From assembly GCA_017499595.2 (NCBI GenBank), contig CM039010.1, forward strand, positions 248,001 to 312,000: a stretch of 64,000 nt of DNA. The letters run 5' to 3'. Both the position numbers and the translations under genes were made by a program. Positions within the stretch are counted from its first letter, which is position 1. Every line of letters starts with the position of its first letter. Of the stretch, positions 24,720 through 38,139 are shown piece by piece. The notes beneath the pieces are model-generated. The model did no database searches and was not told the origin of the DNA. It saw nothing but the letters and a program-made list of their open reading frames with translations. This stretch comes from Psilocybe cubensis (lineage: Eukaryota).

Positions 24720-26721
24720 TCACACCTGCTGTTGCTTTTCACCATTCGGTGTCTCGACACCATGCTCATGTCGCGCCTCTCGTACTGCGTCGATTTCTCG
24801 CTTTCGGACATACCACTGAAATCCTACCAGCGTTGTGCATGAGATAATAACCCATATTATAAGAATACCGACGTTCTTTCCTACTGTTTGAGGAAATTAT
24901 ACATGGAACGGTCAGGAACGTTACAAATTTGCAGAGCAAGTAAATAGTACTAACATGTATTCCGTGTGCCAAAAACTATTGTCCGAATAGCCTTGGACAC
25001 ATTGTAGAATGGGGTTGCATATCCATAATGAAATATTTTTGGAAGAACTTCGATGGGGTAAGAGTTCGTGGAGACATTGACTGGATTAATGGAAAGAATT
25101 CGAAACAATAATGACACAAAATTTGACAGCAATACTTACCTACAATCCAGGTAATCAGAAAGAAGGGGACGAACTGCTTCATCACGGTGATGAGAGACTC
25201 TAAGGCGAGTCCACTAGAAATATCGAAACATAAGCTGGTATAGAGGTCATCAAAGCAGAAATGACGTACACAGCAAGCATGTATGTCCAACTGACGATCC
25301 AGAACAAAACAAATCCTCCATGCCCATATCTACGGCGTGCCTATACATCAGTCTTTATTCTTTCAAGAATGGCTTGGTGCATACTTATGACCTAGATCCA
25401 ATTTGAATGCCAGATTCACGAGCGAGTACACAAGCTACACGTCGAACTAAGTCTCGGATATTTGGAAAACGTTGAATTAAAATACTCACAGAGAGGAAAA
25501 AATACACAATGAACAAGGTTCCAAGACGCAGGGCAATAAGATGCCTAAATGATAGAAGCTTGGGTAGTCCTGAAGCCAGGCGAGCGCCATTCGCAATCGT
25601 CTGGTTAAAAATAGAACAATATTGAGAGGATAACTATGAAGGCCAACAAAAAACCAACCACTACGAAATATGACATAATCAAAACAAAAATGAGCCCAGT
25701 AGACAAGGTTGCGACGGCTCTATCTTGAATGCATCAGTATGTCTGTTCGAAATAGTTTCCAAAACATATGACATTACTCACACGGGTTGCGAAAATGGTA
25801 TTAGATTAATAAATTTAAAGGATAATGGATTGACAATAGTCTGTGGTGACATAGCAATAATTGAATTGATGTTGGAAATTGAGGACATGTTCGCCCCAAA
25901 TTCAACGGCGAAAGCCAGTTGTACTGCATGCATAGATGCTTCGACCTAATTCAAAAGAAAGTTAACGCATCAGCACTCCTTGTATTGGAATAGAAGTTGA
26001 ATCACGAACCGAGGGTTTAATAACATAACGACTGATGCGTCAGAATGTTAAAGTCGTGTTACCAGGACATTGAGACAGGCGTACTAGGAATTCTCGTTCC
26101 TGGCCTCGACGGCGTATATACTGATAGCTTCTGTACCGTCATACGATACATTCGGGCTAGTAATCGAGTCCTGCAATCGCAAAGTAGCATCGGCATTAAC
26201 TAATTAAACTTTAGTCTCGCTGTATGAATGATTAAATAATAGAAAAAAGCGGACTGACCGACAACCGCAACCCATGTTCGATCCTCTTTCACAGCTTGTG
26301 TCAATTCTCCTAAACCACGAGGGAAGGCGGTCAGCGCGGGAACGACCTCCCACAATATAGCGCCTCGTTCAGTGAGCAATGTTTTTGCAACAAAATCTCC
26401 CACTTGTCCACCATCAAAGTCCTTGCGCAATGTCAGTCATGTATCGAATGAGTATCAAGGATACAAGCACACCACAATCCACCCAGGTAATGTATGATCC
26501 GGGTTTTTCCAGGCCGAACCCCAAAAGATGGAAAATACGGCCAGGATAGTTATTGCGACCAGCATCACTCCTGGTATTACAGTGTTCAAATAAAGATTCC
26601 ACGCCTTCTTCAGTTCTTCATCATCTCCTTTCCAGAAAAACAACCTTGACAATGGCCATAGCGGTAAGGTAGTCCTGTTGGAATTTTGGTCCTGTTCGAC
26701 ACTAGTCGTTGTTGACGCCAT
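24720..26721 (-). CDS. SNG1-like (DUF3533) multi-pass membrane protein, copy B
   Basis: LAVFSIFWGSAW, GWIVDFDGGQVG, YAVEARNENS, GLALESL, YPIEVLPKIFHYGYATPFYNVSKAIRTIVFGTRN. The last exon is LGKNVGILIIWVIISC...KQQQV*. Confidence 0.85.
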
Positions 26722-28218
26722 TGTGGAAAGGTAGACTTGAGAATGCTCCTGGGAATGAACAGTGGTAAGGAATGGATTAATGTCCTCTTTAGATATTTGC
26801 ATGCTAGGAGTATTGGTGAGGCCCCAAATCTACACAAGGTGAAGCTGAAATGGCTTTATATAAGCCTTAAGCTCTGTGATGTGTGGAATGCGATTGAGTA
26901 CATAATACCTTCGGAACTGTGAGATTCTGATAACCGTGAATGTACTGTGTAAATGCATCAGGAGTGGTATATGTCGGCCGAGAAAGATGTAAGAGAAGTC
27001 AATGCGATTATACACACCGGATAATCTTTAATCATGACCCATACGCTGACTGTTGACATGCTTACCGTAGCATACCAGAAGCTAATTTAGACGTAATCCG
27101 TCCCGAGTACCACGGCGTCCTGTACGAGCGTCGAGGAGGGGCTATATGCTACGATTTGACCTACAAATGTGGCGCACCTTACATTATTACCTTTTTTGTG
27201 GTAAAACGTTCCAACTTTGGCGCGCTCCGCGTCGGCAATGACGTATTTGCCACCTCTCGAGTCTCCGCCCGCAAAGGATTTAAGAACCAGTTAATCCATT
27301 ATATCTGGAACAATAAATAGAAACAAAATTCAGGGAAGTTTAAAGAAATGTTTTTGTAGAAGTGTTATGAGTCTTCCTTTAGCAGGATTCGTTTATATCA
27401 CCGACCTCCAGCCAAGATTTTGAAAATGCTTAATGAACCGGCGATCTCGATCAACCGGCACACATGAGCGGAGATTGCTTTCGCGATTTTTGGACGTTTC
27501 CTTCAGTCCCTGCACAAGAATCGCCGTCAACGAAACGTTTACAGCTATTTTCAAATTTTATATCGACAGGCCCAACCTCAAAGTATATTTATATAGTCGA
27601 ACTTAAATTTCTGCTTAACCAAGGAATGCTCCGATGTTGAGTTTATATCAATCTATGGGACAGTCTTGCATATGCTTTCCAGTTTCAGAAGAGAACGACT
27701 CTAGGGACGTTGCTGATGTGGTGGTATTAATGTTAGTTCTCGTAGCTCGACTGTAAATGCACATTGACTATTTTGTTAGTTTCCGTGATTTTGCCGTCTT
27801 CAAATAGTTCAACAATGAAAATCCGTAGGTTTCTCGTCGCTCTGGTATTGATGGGTCTACTAATTTTGGTAATTACCTATGTATACATACACCAGCCCAA
27901 TAGTTGTTTATTTCTTTTGCATTCAGGGCCCACTTCTTTACAGTGAAATCATTCTTTAAGTTCATGGTTTCAAGGACTCGTAACTGCCGTGCGTTGCAGC
28001 GGCCCACCTTACAAGTTTAACTTTAAGTATTCTGTGTGGGACTCTAAGTTTGTTCCAAGGTGGTCCCTATAGTCTGAGTAGTGGATCAGCCTTTTTTTTT
28101 ATCGTCATTTCTTACTGACTTGTTTCCCATCACTTTGAATCAAGGCAATATCATTCAAGTCAGTTTGTGATCTGACTGTATCTGACGAACTACTTTGTCT
28201 AAAAGAGGAAAAAATGTA

Positions 28219-28228
28219 ATCACGTGAT
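28219..28228. promoter_or_regulatory. Palindromic E-box (ATCACGTGAT) upstream of the ribosomal protein P1 gene
   Basis: Perfect 10-bp palindrome containing TCACGTG (bHLH/Cbf1-type core), about 100 bp upstream of the ATG. Confidence 0.4.
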
Positions 28229-28330
28229 GTAGCGGACGCAATCGACGGAGCCGTTGTGGACGACACATTTCAACGACCATCGACCAACCCTTTGTTCCAC
28301 TCACCACCCCCACCCCTCACGACAGTACCA

Positions 28331-28954
28331 ATGGTGCGTATTCCGTCTCGAAATGCTGGTTTGAATGCTGGGGCACCGTTTTCTGGGATTTGAAGGATGG
28401 ATTTGGGATGGATGCGGATGAAGGAGTTTGGATGTACCTTGGGAACTCAGGCCTTTGGCGATTGGATGACTGACATTTTTTTGGGTTTGTGCACAGGCCG
28501 ACCTCGCCCCCACCTACGCTGCTCTCATCCTCGCCGATGATGGTATTGAAATCACCGTGCGTCTATCCCCTCGGTTTTTGTATCAAAACGTCAAGGAATA
28601 TTGATATGATTTTTGGACTTCTACTCGATCAGGCCGACAAACTCATTGCTCTGACCAACGCTGCCGGTGTCGAAGTCGAGCCTATCTGGGCTACTCTCCT
28701 CGAAAAAGCCCTTGCGGGCAAGAACATCAAGGATCTCCTGTCAAACGTTGGTGGTGGTGGAGCTCCCGCTGCCGGTGCTGCCCCTGCCGCTGCCGCCGCA
28801 GGTGGAGCCGCTGCTGAGGAGGCACCCAAAGCTGAGGAGAAGGCTGAGGAGAAGGAGGAGTCAGACGATGATATGGTGCGTTTTGTGTCCATGGCCTATC
28901 TGGCGATGAGTGCTGAATGCTTTCCTTTTACAGGGCTTCGGATTGTTCGATTAA
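28331..28954 (+). CDS. RPP1: 60S acidic ribosomal protein P1; 4 exons
   Basis: M | [20 protein letters not shown] | [48 protein letters not shown]...[10 protein letters not shown] | GFGLFD*. The C-terminus is the canonical P-protein SDDDMGFGLFD. Confidence 0.97.
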
Positions 28955-29758
28955 ACATCACGCTCTCGTATATATGTTATTTTGCCCATCATCCTCATAC
29001 ATATACACACCAAAAAACTTCTGAAAACACTCATATCTTGTGTGCACATGAAGACCATCACGTTTCATTTCGATCCGGCATTATTGTACTGTTATATTTT
29101 CCCTCAACCTATTGGGTGACTGCTTTCTCGACCTTCAAAGTTCAGGCACGCAGTTTTTTTGTCTGTATGAGTGTCGGGCTACCCCGTTCTTTATAGTGAA
29201 CATATCTTAATGATTGAGCGGCAATGATTCTGCACAATTCTGCTGGGTCATAAATCGAATTAAGGTATCTATTCAGCAGTGTCAAATGTGTTGATTGGTT
29301 TTGGTTCCATCGTGTCCTTTGCATGTCACTGTCCCTTGTCCCTTTTCATCTTCTCCATATGTTTTTTATCTTTTAATTTTCAAAGCTCCCAAGGCTGAAG
29401 ATTCGAAAAACCTCCCATTGATCGGTGTAAGAGCCTCCAGATTCAATCATGTGACGTTGCACGGTCCAGGATGAGCGAACAGGACATACTTTGTTTTCCT
29501 ACTTCCATGTCATCTTGAGCCTTTTCGTTAACTATCGAACTTACATCGTTATCATGGTCAATTCGGCAACTATTTAAGCATAAGCATTTGGATTCTTGGA
29601 GATTTATCACATTAGGTATCTTAGGTATCTTTCGTCTACGCGGATAAGTATTCTGGTACTTACATTTTTGCAAGACCACATTGCACGGATTTTGGATTTA
29701 GGTTGTTCTGAAGATATACTTTCAACATTGGATCTCCTCTCCCACAATCGCGTCAATA

Positions 29759-32036
29759 ATGGAGGAAAACTATAAACAAGCAAAGGAGGATTTTGTGTCT
29801 GGAACTACAGGGTCCTCTATAACACACATCAATGCCATCTCCCTCGTCGCACTGGTACGTCGTATTATTAGTATTCTACAAGTACAAGTTGATGTACCCG
29901 GCTTCAATAATGCTATAGACTTCTGTCGCTCTCTACGCTGCCGTCCAAACACGCTCTCGAATGGCAAAATCAAGCACGGGGTTCTTTGCGTCGTGGGTGC
30001 TTCTCATTCTGCCCATGCTGTCCTCTATGACGGTCGCGGCCGAGTACCCGCGAGTCGTTTGGTTGAGTATAATTCTGGCAGGGTCCACTGGGTGGGTGCT
30101 GAGGATGCCATTAGTAGAAAGAGGGACGCCGTTGCCTTCCAGTCAGAAGTCGCCTGCGCGTAGGGTTACCCCAGGTGTTGGCGGGACGGTTGACGTCGAC
30201 GTTGGTGTTAGTTCTGGAAGAAGAGACGGTGAGGCTGGGTGGAGGAGCATGCACGAGAAGCAGAGAGCTGTCAGGCTACCACCATTACCTGCGTTGACAA
30301 CGTACAGGGCACATATGATGCTGATGACGGTCCTTGCCATTCTCGCCGTGGACTTTCCTGTGTTTCCGAGATCGTTGGCCAAGTGCGAGACGTTTGGCGT
30401 GTCCTTGGTGTGTAATTCTATTCCCAGTAGAATGTTTGATTGGGGAATATGACTGACCATACCGGGATGTTTGTCTTGCTTAGATGGATCTTGGGGTCGG
30501 TTCATTCGTATTTTCTCAAGGCGTAGTTTCTGCTATACCACTCATCAAAGACCCTCGCTACCTCCGTGCTCCACTCATCCCGAAGTTACTAAAAGTTGTA
30601 CGGAAATCGTTGCCTATCATTGCGCTGGGAATAGTGAGGGTGTTGCTCGTCAAAGGCACAGAGTATCCGGTACGCGGATTTTACTCTTCGTTGAACGGTT
30701 CACGGCGGGCATAATGACATTCTTGTGGCTGTATTCTAGGAACATGTCACCGAGTATGGTGTCCACTGGAATTTCTTCATTACTCTCGCTCTCTTACCAG
30801 TTCTTCAAGTTCTGTTGCATCCCTTGCTTGCTTGTTTCCCGATTTCAAACTCGGTTCTTGGCGTCGCGATCGGTGTTGGTACGTCCATTTCCTGAATATA
30901 TGCGTTCAGTTACTTGATTCTCCTACAGTCCAACAAATCGCATTGTCGGAACACGGGTTCGGCTTGCAGAATTACGTTCTTTTGGCGCCCAGGACGTCGG
31001 TGGTAAGCATGAATAAGGAAGGACTGGTATCGTTGCTTGGTTAGCCCATTTCATCTCTTTCTTTATTCTGCCATTAACATTGAGGTCTCAACCATCGTCT
31101 GCTTTATGTCAAATAGGCTACCTCTCCATTCATCTCCTTGGTCTCTCAACCGGGACGAAAGTCTTACCGCCAACACCATCCTTCTACGGCCGGCGTCAAA
31201 AAGCACTCGCCAAGTCTCTCGATAGTGGGGTGGGCGGTGGAAGAAAGCGACGGAACAGTGACCCCATGGACAGCGACGAAGAAGAGGAGGAGGATGTAAA
31301 AGGCAAACTCAAGCAAGGTAGCGGGAGCCCGACTGACCTTGACTTGTCGGCGCCTAGACAACTGGACAAGACGGCAACGGAGCTATGCGGGTATTCGATC
31401 GTCTGGTGGGCGCTTTTCGGCGTGGCACGGCTAACCGGTGTGGATGGCGGGTGGAGAAGGGGAGATGGAGGTGTTTCAAGGAGGATGGTGAGTCCCGCTT
31501 TGTGTCATTTTATCGAATTTGGTTTGTGATTGATCTGTGGAATAGGTCAACATCTCGTATATATTCTGGATAGCGGCTTTTAACGTTTCGTTCTTGCTGT
31601 GCTATGTCGTCGTTCTAGACCTATGGATATATGCAAAAGGCCCCTCGAAAGCGAACACCCAGAAGAGGTTGGATAAAGATACGACGCCTGCTATGGTCGA
31701 GCACGAGAATCCGCCCAGGTTGTTGGAAGCAATTAATGATTATGGCCTGTCTGTTTTTTTGTTGGTAAGTTCTTGTTATTCCATTGTGATATTGTTGCGA
31801 TGTAATATCCTTTATTCACGTTCTCATTCTTGGTTTGATTGTAGGCGAATGTTTTAACTGGACTTATAAACCTGAGCATGTCCACAATGTATATGTCGGA
31901 CGCGAAAGCCATGTTCGTCTTGAGTTTGTATTCGATGGTGTGCTGCGCGGTGCCTTGGTTTCTTAGCAGCAACAAGAGAAAGAGAATGGACACTTCGAGT
32001 CTAGGCGTTGTGCAGTCGGAGAATAAATACAAATAA
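29759..32036 (+). CDS. GWT1: GPI inositol acyltransferase GWT1/PIG-W, multi-exon
   Basis: [112 protein letters not shown]. Confidence 0.95.
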
Positions 32037-33261
32037 CTATCTCATCGTGCGTTAATACGTTGTTTAATCTATTTGAGGATCGGAACATATTCTTAGCCTT
32101 TGGCCCTTGGATATCGGTGATAATATGTGGCTTGAAAAGCCTCGGACGATGATACTTGAGTGTCTTGGGCATTCGCCTTGTTATTGGCTTGGATAGAGCG
32201 GCGTTGATTGGCTGAGCATTACTTCATGTTGTTCAACCTTTCCTTCATATTTATTCTGCATCTTTTCAATCCTCTATGAAATTTGGATGCGACATGACTT
32301 TCTGCATGCAGCGTTGAAATGTGATTCAATGAATTGGAATTGGCAGAATAAATTTACATGGAATTTGTAGTGAGCAGGCTAGACCTGCGTCCGTATTGGC
32401 TGCTCGTAACCGGCGCGCTTGCCCCGATGCGGCAAGGTTGAATGCCACGGTATCACATTGCTTACTTCTTTCCTCCATGACCTCCTTGCCCTGTGCTCCG
32501 AAACTGTCAAAGAACCTCAAAGAACCCAGATCGCAGCACTACTGCAGCATGTTCTGTGTACATTAATCGGCACAGCCGTTGAAAACTACGAAACCAAGGC
32601 CACGGAATGTTTTGAGTCCTCTAGGCCAACCCCAAGCTAATCTTGAGCAAGTCGTGAGACGGGCTTGACATGCGACATCGTCAAGAATGAATGTTATTTG
32701 CAAGAATGAAACGGATTATGGGAGTCACTACCTCCCCCCTGATGGATGATCGCGCCAATGGGAGCGGAGGACCGTGCGGAATGAGAGCATTGTCGAGAGT
32801 CCAGACCATGATTCGACCAAATGGTTATTTGCATCGACACCGCCGAATCTACTGGGAAGCCTTATAACTTACCGTAGAGTCGTTCGTGTCCATTTTTCGC
32901 TTTCCTTTGTCTTCTCACTACCACAACGTTGGAAGGCCCGCCTTACATTCACTCGCGGAAGGATCGTAATTTTGCTTTCACGCTCGAAGGATTCGACGGG
33001 GAGGGACCCAGGTCTTTTCATTTGTTGGCTATTTAACACAGGCGTCGCAACAAAGATATTCCGGCGGAAACAATTTTACATTCGCTAGACATTGGCTCTA
33101 CTAACCACTCAGTAAGAGACATCCGCTCCAAACTTGATCCTGCTGCTCAGTAATCTGTGCTAACCTTCGTCAATGATAGACATCGGGCGAATCACTGTGA
33201 TTCTGTACTCCTGATTCTAATTTCTCACTCGCGGAAACCAACATTGTCAAAAATATCAACA

Positions 33262-35360
33262 ATGCGCGCCGTCGCCGATGCCAGTGACGCCATTGTTCAC
33301 CACGACGTCGATCGAATATCTTTATTACCCCCGGAACTTCTTGGGGAGATATTCACGTACACCTCCTCGTTCGACCCGGATGCGCCTCTCCGCGTGGGCG
33401 AAGTGTCTACTCTATTCCGTCGCACTGTCCGGACTACACCGCAGGCGTGGACGCGCCTTTTGCTATCGTTGTCCGTCTCGCCATCGGATCTGTTGCAGGA
33501 TGCAAACTCCGTTGAGGACGCGGATGGGAGGGCCATTAGGAAAGCCGAGTTATGGTTCGCAATGAGCAAGGTGACTCTTGTGGATGTAAGCATCGAGTTG
33601 TCGTCTTCCGCTCAAGGCCCCAGCAAGAATGGTTCGAGGAATCATACACATATCCTAATACCTATGCGTGGGTACGTGTATGGTCACTGCCCCTTAGAGA
33701 GACGAAATCTCATAAACCTAGCCAAAATTTACAGGACGTACAAATTGATTTTTCAGAGCTTATTTTGCCCCATGTGTTGCGGAGCTTCACACAGCGGATA
33801 CGGGCGCTAGATCTGCTTACGACAACGGAGAATGAGGCTCAGGCTTTCTTGTCTGCTATGTATCCCTCACCGGCGAATTTATTGTCTCATGTTGAAGGCG
33901 ACCAAGTCTATCCATTGCAGAGCCTCGCTTTCCATGCTTCGTCAGATGGATCGGGTCATGTCCCAAACAGACGTCGTACTGACCAGGTCCGCGCCATCAC
34001 GAGACGTGGTACGTGCTCGAACATCAACACAACGACTGGCGCGCTCGTCCTTCCATCTATTCCATGCTTAAGGCACCTCTCGTTTTACAATCATCTACTT
34101 CCACCGCTCTCTCCAGAAAATGTCAAAAACTTAAGGGTGCTACAACTACATTACCCGCTACGCTTTTCACCAATATCCATTACCACGTTGTTGGGAGTAC
34201 TAAACGAGGCCAGGTCGTTAGAGAGGGTTGAGATTGAGGCGAGAGTCACTTTGGAGAACGTATCACCTTCCAATTCAACTTCTCCTTCTTCGAATTCTGC
34301 GTCGGGAAGTCATAATATCGCTGTTTCTCCACCGACAACTCACCCTTCCAACCTTGCTACGGTAGCCTTGGTACCTCTTTTATCACCGTCAGATTCCAAC
34401 CATGCTCCTTCTGCCTCTTCGAGCCTGTCCTTGGATTCTCATTCGACCTCCAATGATCAGTTACCGCTCATCTCTTTGCCGCGTCTCACATATCTGCACC
34501 TTCGGATCAACAACCTTCCGTCTGTGCTATCACAGCTTCTTTTACCTTCCCTACATACGCTTAGTATTGACGATCTAGATGGAAAGAGGTCTGGAGCTGC
34601 GAAGCAGATGGCTGAGGTGCTCAGAGGGTTGCTCGTCAGGATGGAGATGCCTGTCGATGATGTGGAAAACGTGGATACTCCAGTTGAAAAGAAAAAGCAG
34701 CTCGACGTACAGAAAGGTCTGGAGGTCTTGGATATGTGTAGTGTTGCTCTGCCTGCATCTCAGGGGCACCATGGGGGACTGATATCCGCAACCGATGCTC
34801 AAGCGGCGCATGCGGTGTGGGCGTGGTGCTTCAGGCGGATGAGGGTTCTTAAGGAGATGAGGGTTAAAAAGATGGACGCGGATTCCTTGTTCGAGTTGAT
34901 CACACCACGATTGCGGACATCACGTTCTGGCGTAGACGTTGGCGCCGCCGCCACTACCAACTCACATGGTCTCGAAAATGGGCAGAACGAAAAGGACGAT
35001 ATCCCTCTGCCTGCGTTGCAGAAGCTCGTCGTCGTCGAACAAGACGCGTACCATCCTAAATCAAGTGCTGCACTACATCGTATGAATGCTTGGGGACACG
35101 GCGATAACCATGAATTCAGTTCCGCCGTGTCATCTTCTCCCTTCGACGCTCCTCATTCGCCAGCTTCATCGAACTTGAATTATATGGATGGCTCTTCGTC
35201 GGCATCTCAGGACCGCAATATGGATCTTCAAGCACAAGGTAGTGCGCTTATCAGGTTCCAAATGAGACGGCCTGAGGTGGAGGTTATTTATGATGCTTCG
35301 AGTAGACAAGTTGTTTCGTCTTCGGTGGGCGTGGATTTTTTGGATTTGTATGCAGGCTGA
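33262..35360 (+). CDS. F-box protein with degenerate LRR-like and Ser-rich C-terminal region; 2 exons
   Basis: ISLLPPELLGEIF...PLRVGEVSTLFRRTVRTTPQAWTRL (F-box). An intron at about 33672-33721 joins it to ORF 33552..35360, which contains LPRLTYLHL and LLLPSLHTLSI repeats. Confidence 0.8.
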
Positions 35361-38139
35361 GAATGCTCTTATCAATCAAGTATATGCATAGAGTCGGCAA
35401 AAAACAGGTTGTACCAACATTCGGTAGTACACACCTTCTGGGGTCAATGAGTGATTTGGAAGGAGTTATTTCATGCTATTGTCGTCCGCTGAGCTGTATC
35501 TCCAAACCTGCAGACAACCAGATCACGCAAGCGGCAAGGCTTCTCAACTACCTTGGATATAGTATGTTCAATCGGACCACAAGGTGTGATAGTAGACTTG
35601 GAGGCAGCCATCTTATCAAACCGAGAATTGTCAATCTTACGCTCTGACCACCGGGCCCTTTCGAGTACGTGTTCTCAATGCTCAGCTGTATGGGCATGAA
35701 CAAGCGCCGATGAGATATCCATAAAATGTCAATGACATTCTGTTTCAATATGAGTTGTATTCTAGTTACTAGTATCTCACAGCTTATCCATAGCATACCA
35801 TATACCCTGAATTTGTTCTAACTATGAAATGTATGTGCATTTACAGTTTTGTCTTTGAAAGTCGATATGTCATGATTGTTTTAAATCACCTTACCAATCT
35901 ATCTAAATTCCACGTTTTCTGTTGTATTTTAATCTGGAAAGCTCAACAGTGAAGAATGCGATAATATCGTACGTGATTATCATTACATGGACCAAGATGT
36001 TCAGTTTAATCTCTGGATCCGCGGAACCGACTCCATTCCCGTCGCGGGACCTTCAACTACCCGGCCGTCACCTTCAGAATTCAGGAAATGAGTCCTAGGC
36101 GTCAATGAGGCCGCTTCCTTCGGATACCGGGACATTCCCTTGCCGGAAGGTGTCACTTACAGGGCGAAGACGGATTTAAATTTTTAATACCTTAACATAT
36201 ACGCACACTCAATTATAAGTTTGTTACAATTTCAAGACAAATCATTTTCACAAGACCTCGAGTCACCGTACTTATATTTGTCGGGTAACGCTAGACCGAC
36301 TTACTTACCCTGCTACTGCTGGGCGCTCGGAATAATAGTTTCCCATATTTAGCCGCTGATAATTGTATACCAGTTCACCCTCCAATGTACCAAAATCTCG
36401 ATAATCGGTCTCAGGCGGCGACTTGGGCAATTTTTACTGAACGCAGGCGGTGTGATTTTAGTTGTTTGATGCATCTGAGGTGATGCAGTGGTGAAAATAT
36501 ATGAGCAAAATTCTGTGACTTGAATTGCTCTCAGCAAATGGGGAGGTGCATCTAATAAATGATGACCTCCGCAAGCCTGCGTCATAAGCACGGCGTAAGT
36601 ATAGGGGGATGATTGGCGGCTTCGATCATCAAGCCATCATGCTCAATATGGCAGTTTTTACCATACATGGAAGTTCCTGAGGGGACGTGCTCCCAGCGCT
36701 GGATCGACCATAATCGATCAGCTCTTTTGCCTATTTTCTACATTTGCTGGAGAAAGTACCGACTATATCCTTGGAGCACTCTTGAGTCGCTTATGGTAAC
36801 TTTCAGATTGATGGCATCATATACATGCAATGGCATACAAAAACTGAAAGCCCGTGGCGGTCCATACTTTCGGTAGACTCGGGAAATCATCACAACTGTT
36901 AATTGTACATTACTGGGCACATTCGGGTTGTTAGCATAGAATATACTCTGACCTGCTAGAAATAGTTCTATCAGACAGTGTAACGGACATAGGGCCAATG
37001 CCTTTGCGTGAGTATCATTGGACGCGACTATTTATGAAAGACTCGATTTATTTGTGTTTCACACAATTCTACTACCTACTCCAGGTTCCAAACAGACAAA
37101 CCAACAGCAACCAGGGTGATTTATTGCTATGCAAATTTTACGCAGGCTTATACTGGCAATGGAGGAGTGAAGTTGGGTTTCTTCAAAACCCAGAGTAGTC
37201 ACCGGCTACAGCAATTCTTTAACTAACCCGGACTATCGCAACCATTTCGGTCATAAGATAGTGCTTCCCAATATGATCAGGATCACTCAAGGGGCTTTGC
37301 CATTCTTGAGCATAAAATTTACCTAGGTGCCTGGCGGACGATGGCTTTGTTCTAAATTGGTTTACATCTCCGCCAACTCCAATTATTTTGTCCCTGGAGG
37401 TTATCTCGCTTTATATTGAAGACAACTCCAGACGTTCTGCAGGTTGTCAGCTTTTTGAGGCTCGGTATAAACTGCGCATTATTATCAGTGGTTGATAAGC
37501 AATGATGCATTGGAACTTTCTCGAATGACTGCATATTCATGCTCCCGTGAGCGGAGGAGGAATCGTAAAATCTGTAATGCAACTCTTAAGTATATTAGTG
37601 GGATGTAAAACTTAGATTTCACTTTCGATGACATGATGACTCATTCTCTATTTTCACGAACACAACGCGCAATGACGGACCACCAGCCGGAAGAGTCCTA
37701 GCCTGCCATTAATCGGGCATCAACAAGACTTACGTATCCCTAGCCCTATCCCGATTTTGACACGTGCACCGATTGCAAAGAGACGGCATCGCACATGTTC
37801 ATCAGATCCAGGATGCTAACAGCCAATCCATGATCTACAATACTGTTTGTTTAGCCAAATCACGACCCTACCCGCAAAAGAGTTGGTCCATAGCTCCCAC
37901 TTTCGCGTATGACTCAATGATTAGTGATGCTTACTACCGGGGACTTCGTTTGGCCTCCGACGCGAATGGTTGGTGGCATAACAAATACTTTTCCTCTTTC
38001 ATCTGGGTAGCGTCATGTCCCATTTGGAGGATGGGTGGCTGAAGACTCATCAAGTACTTAAAGGAGAGGATATGGTGATACGTTCACTACAAACTCGTCC
38101 TTCTCAACTATTATACCTCATCCGACAGCTTAATTTAGA

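Noticed and set aside
28489-29196. 235-aa ORF as an extended P1 protein
   Set aside because: Artefact of reading through introns; the spliced model gives canonical P1.
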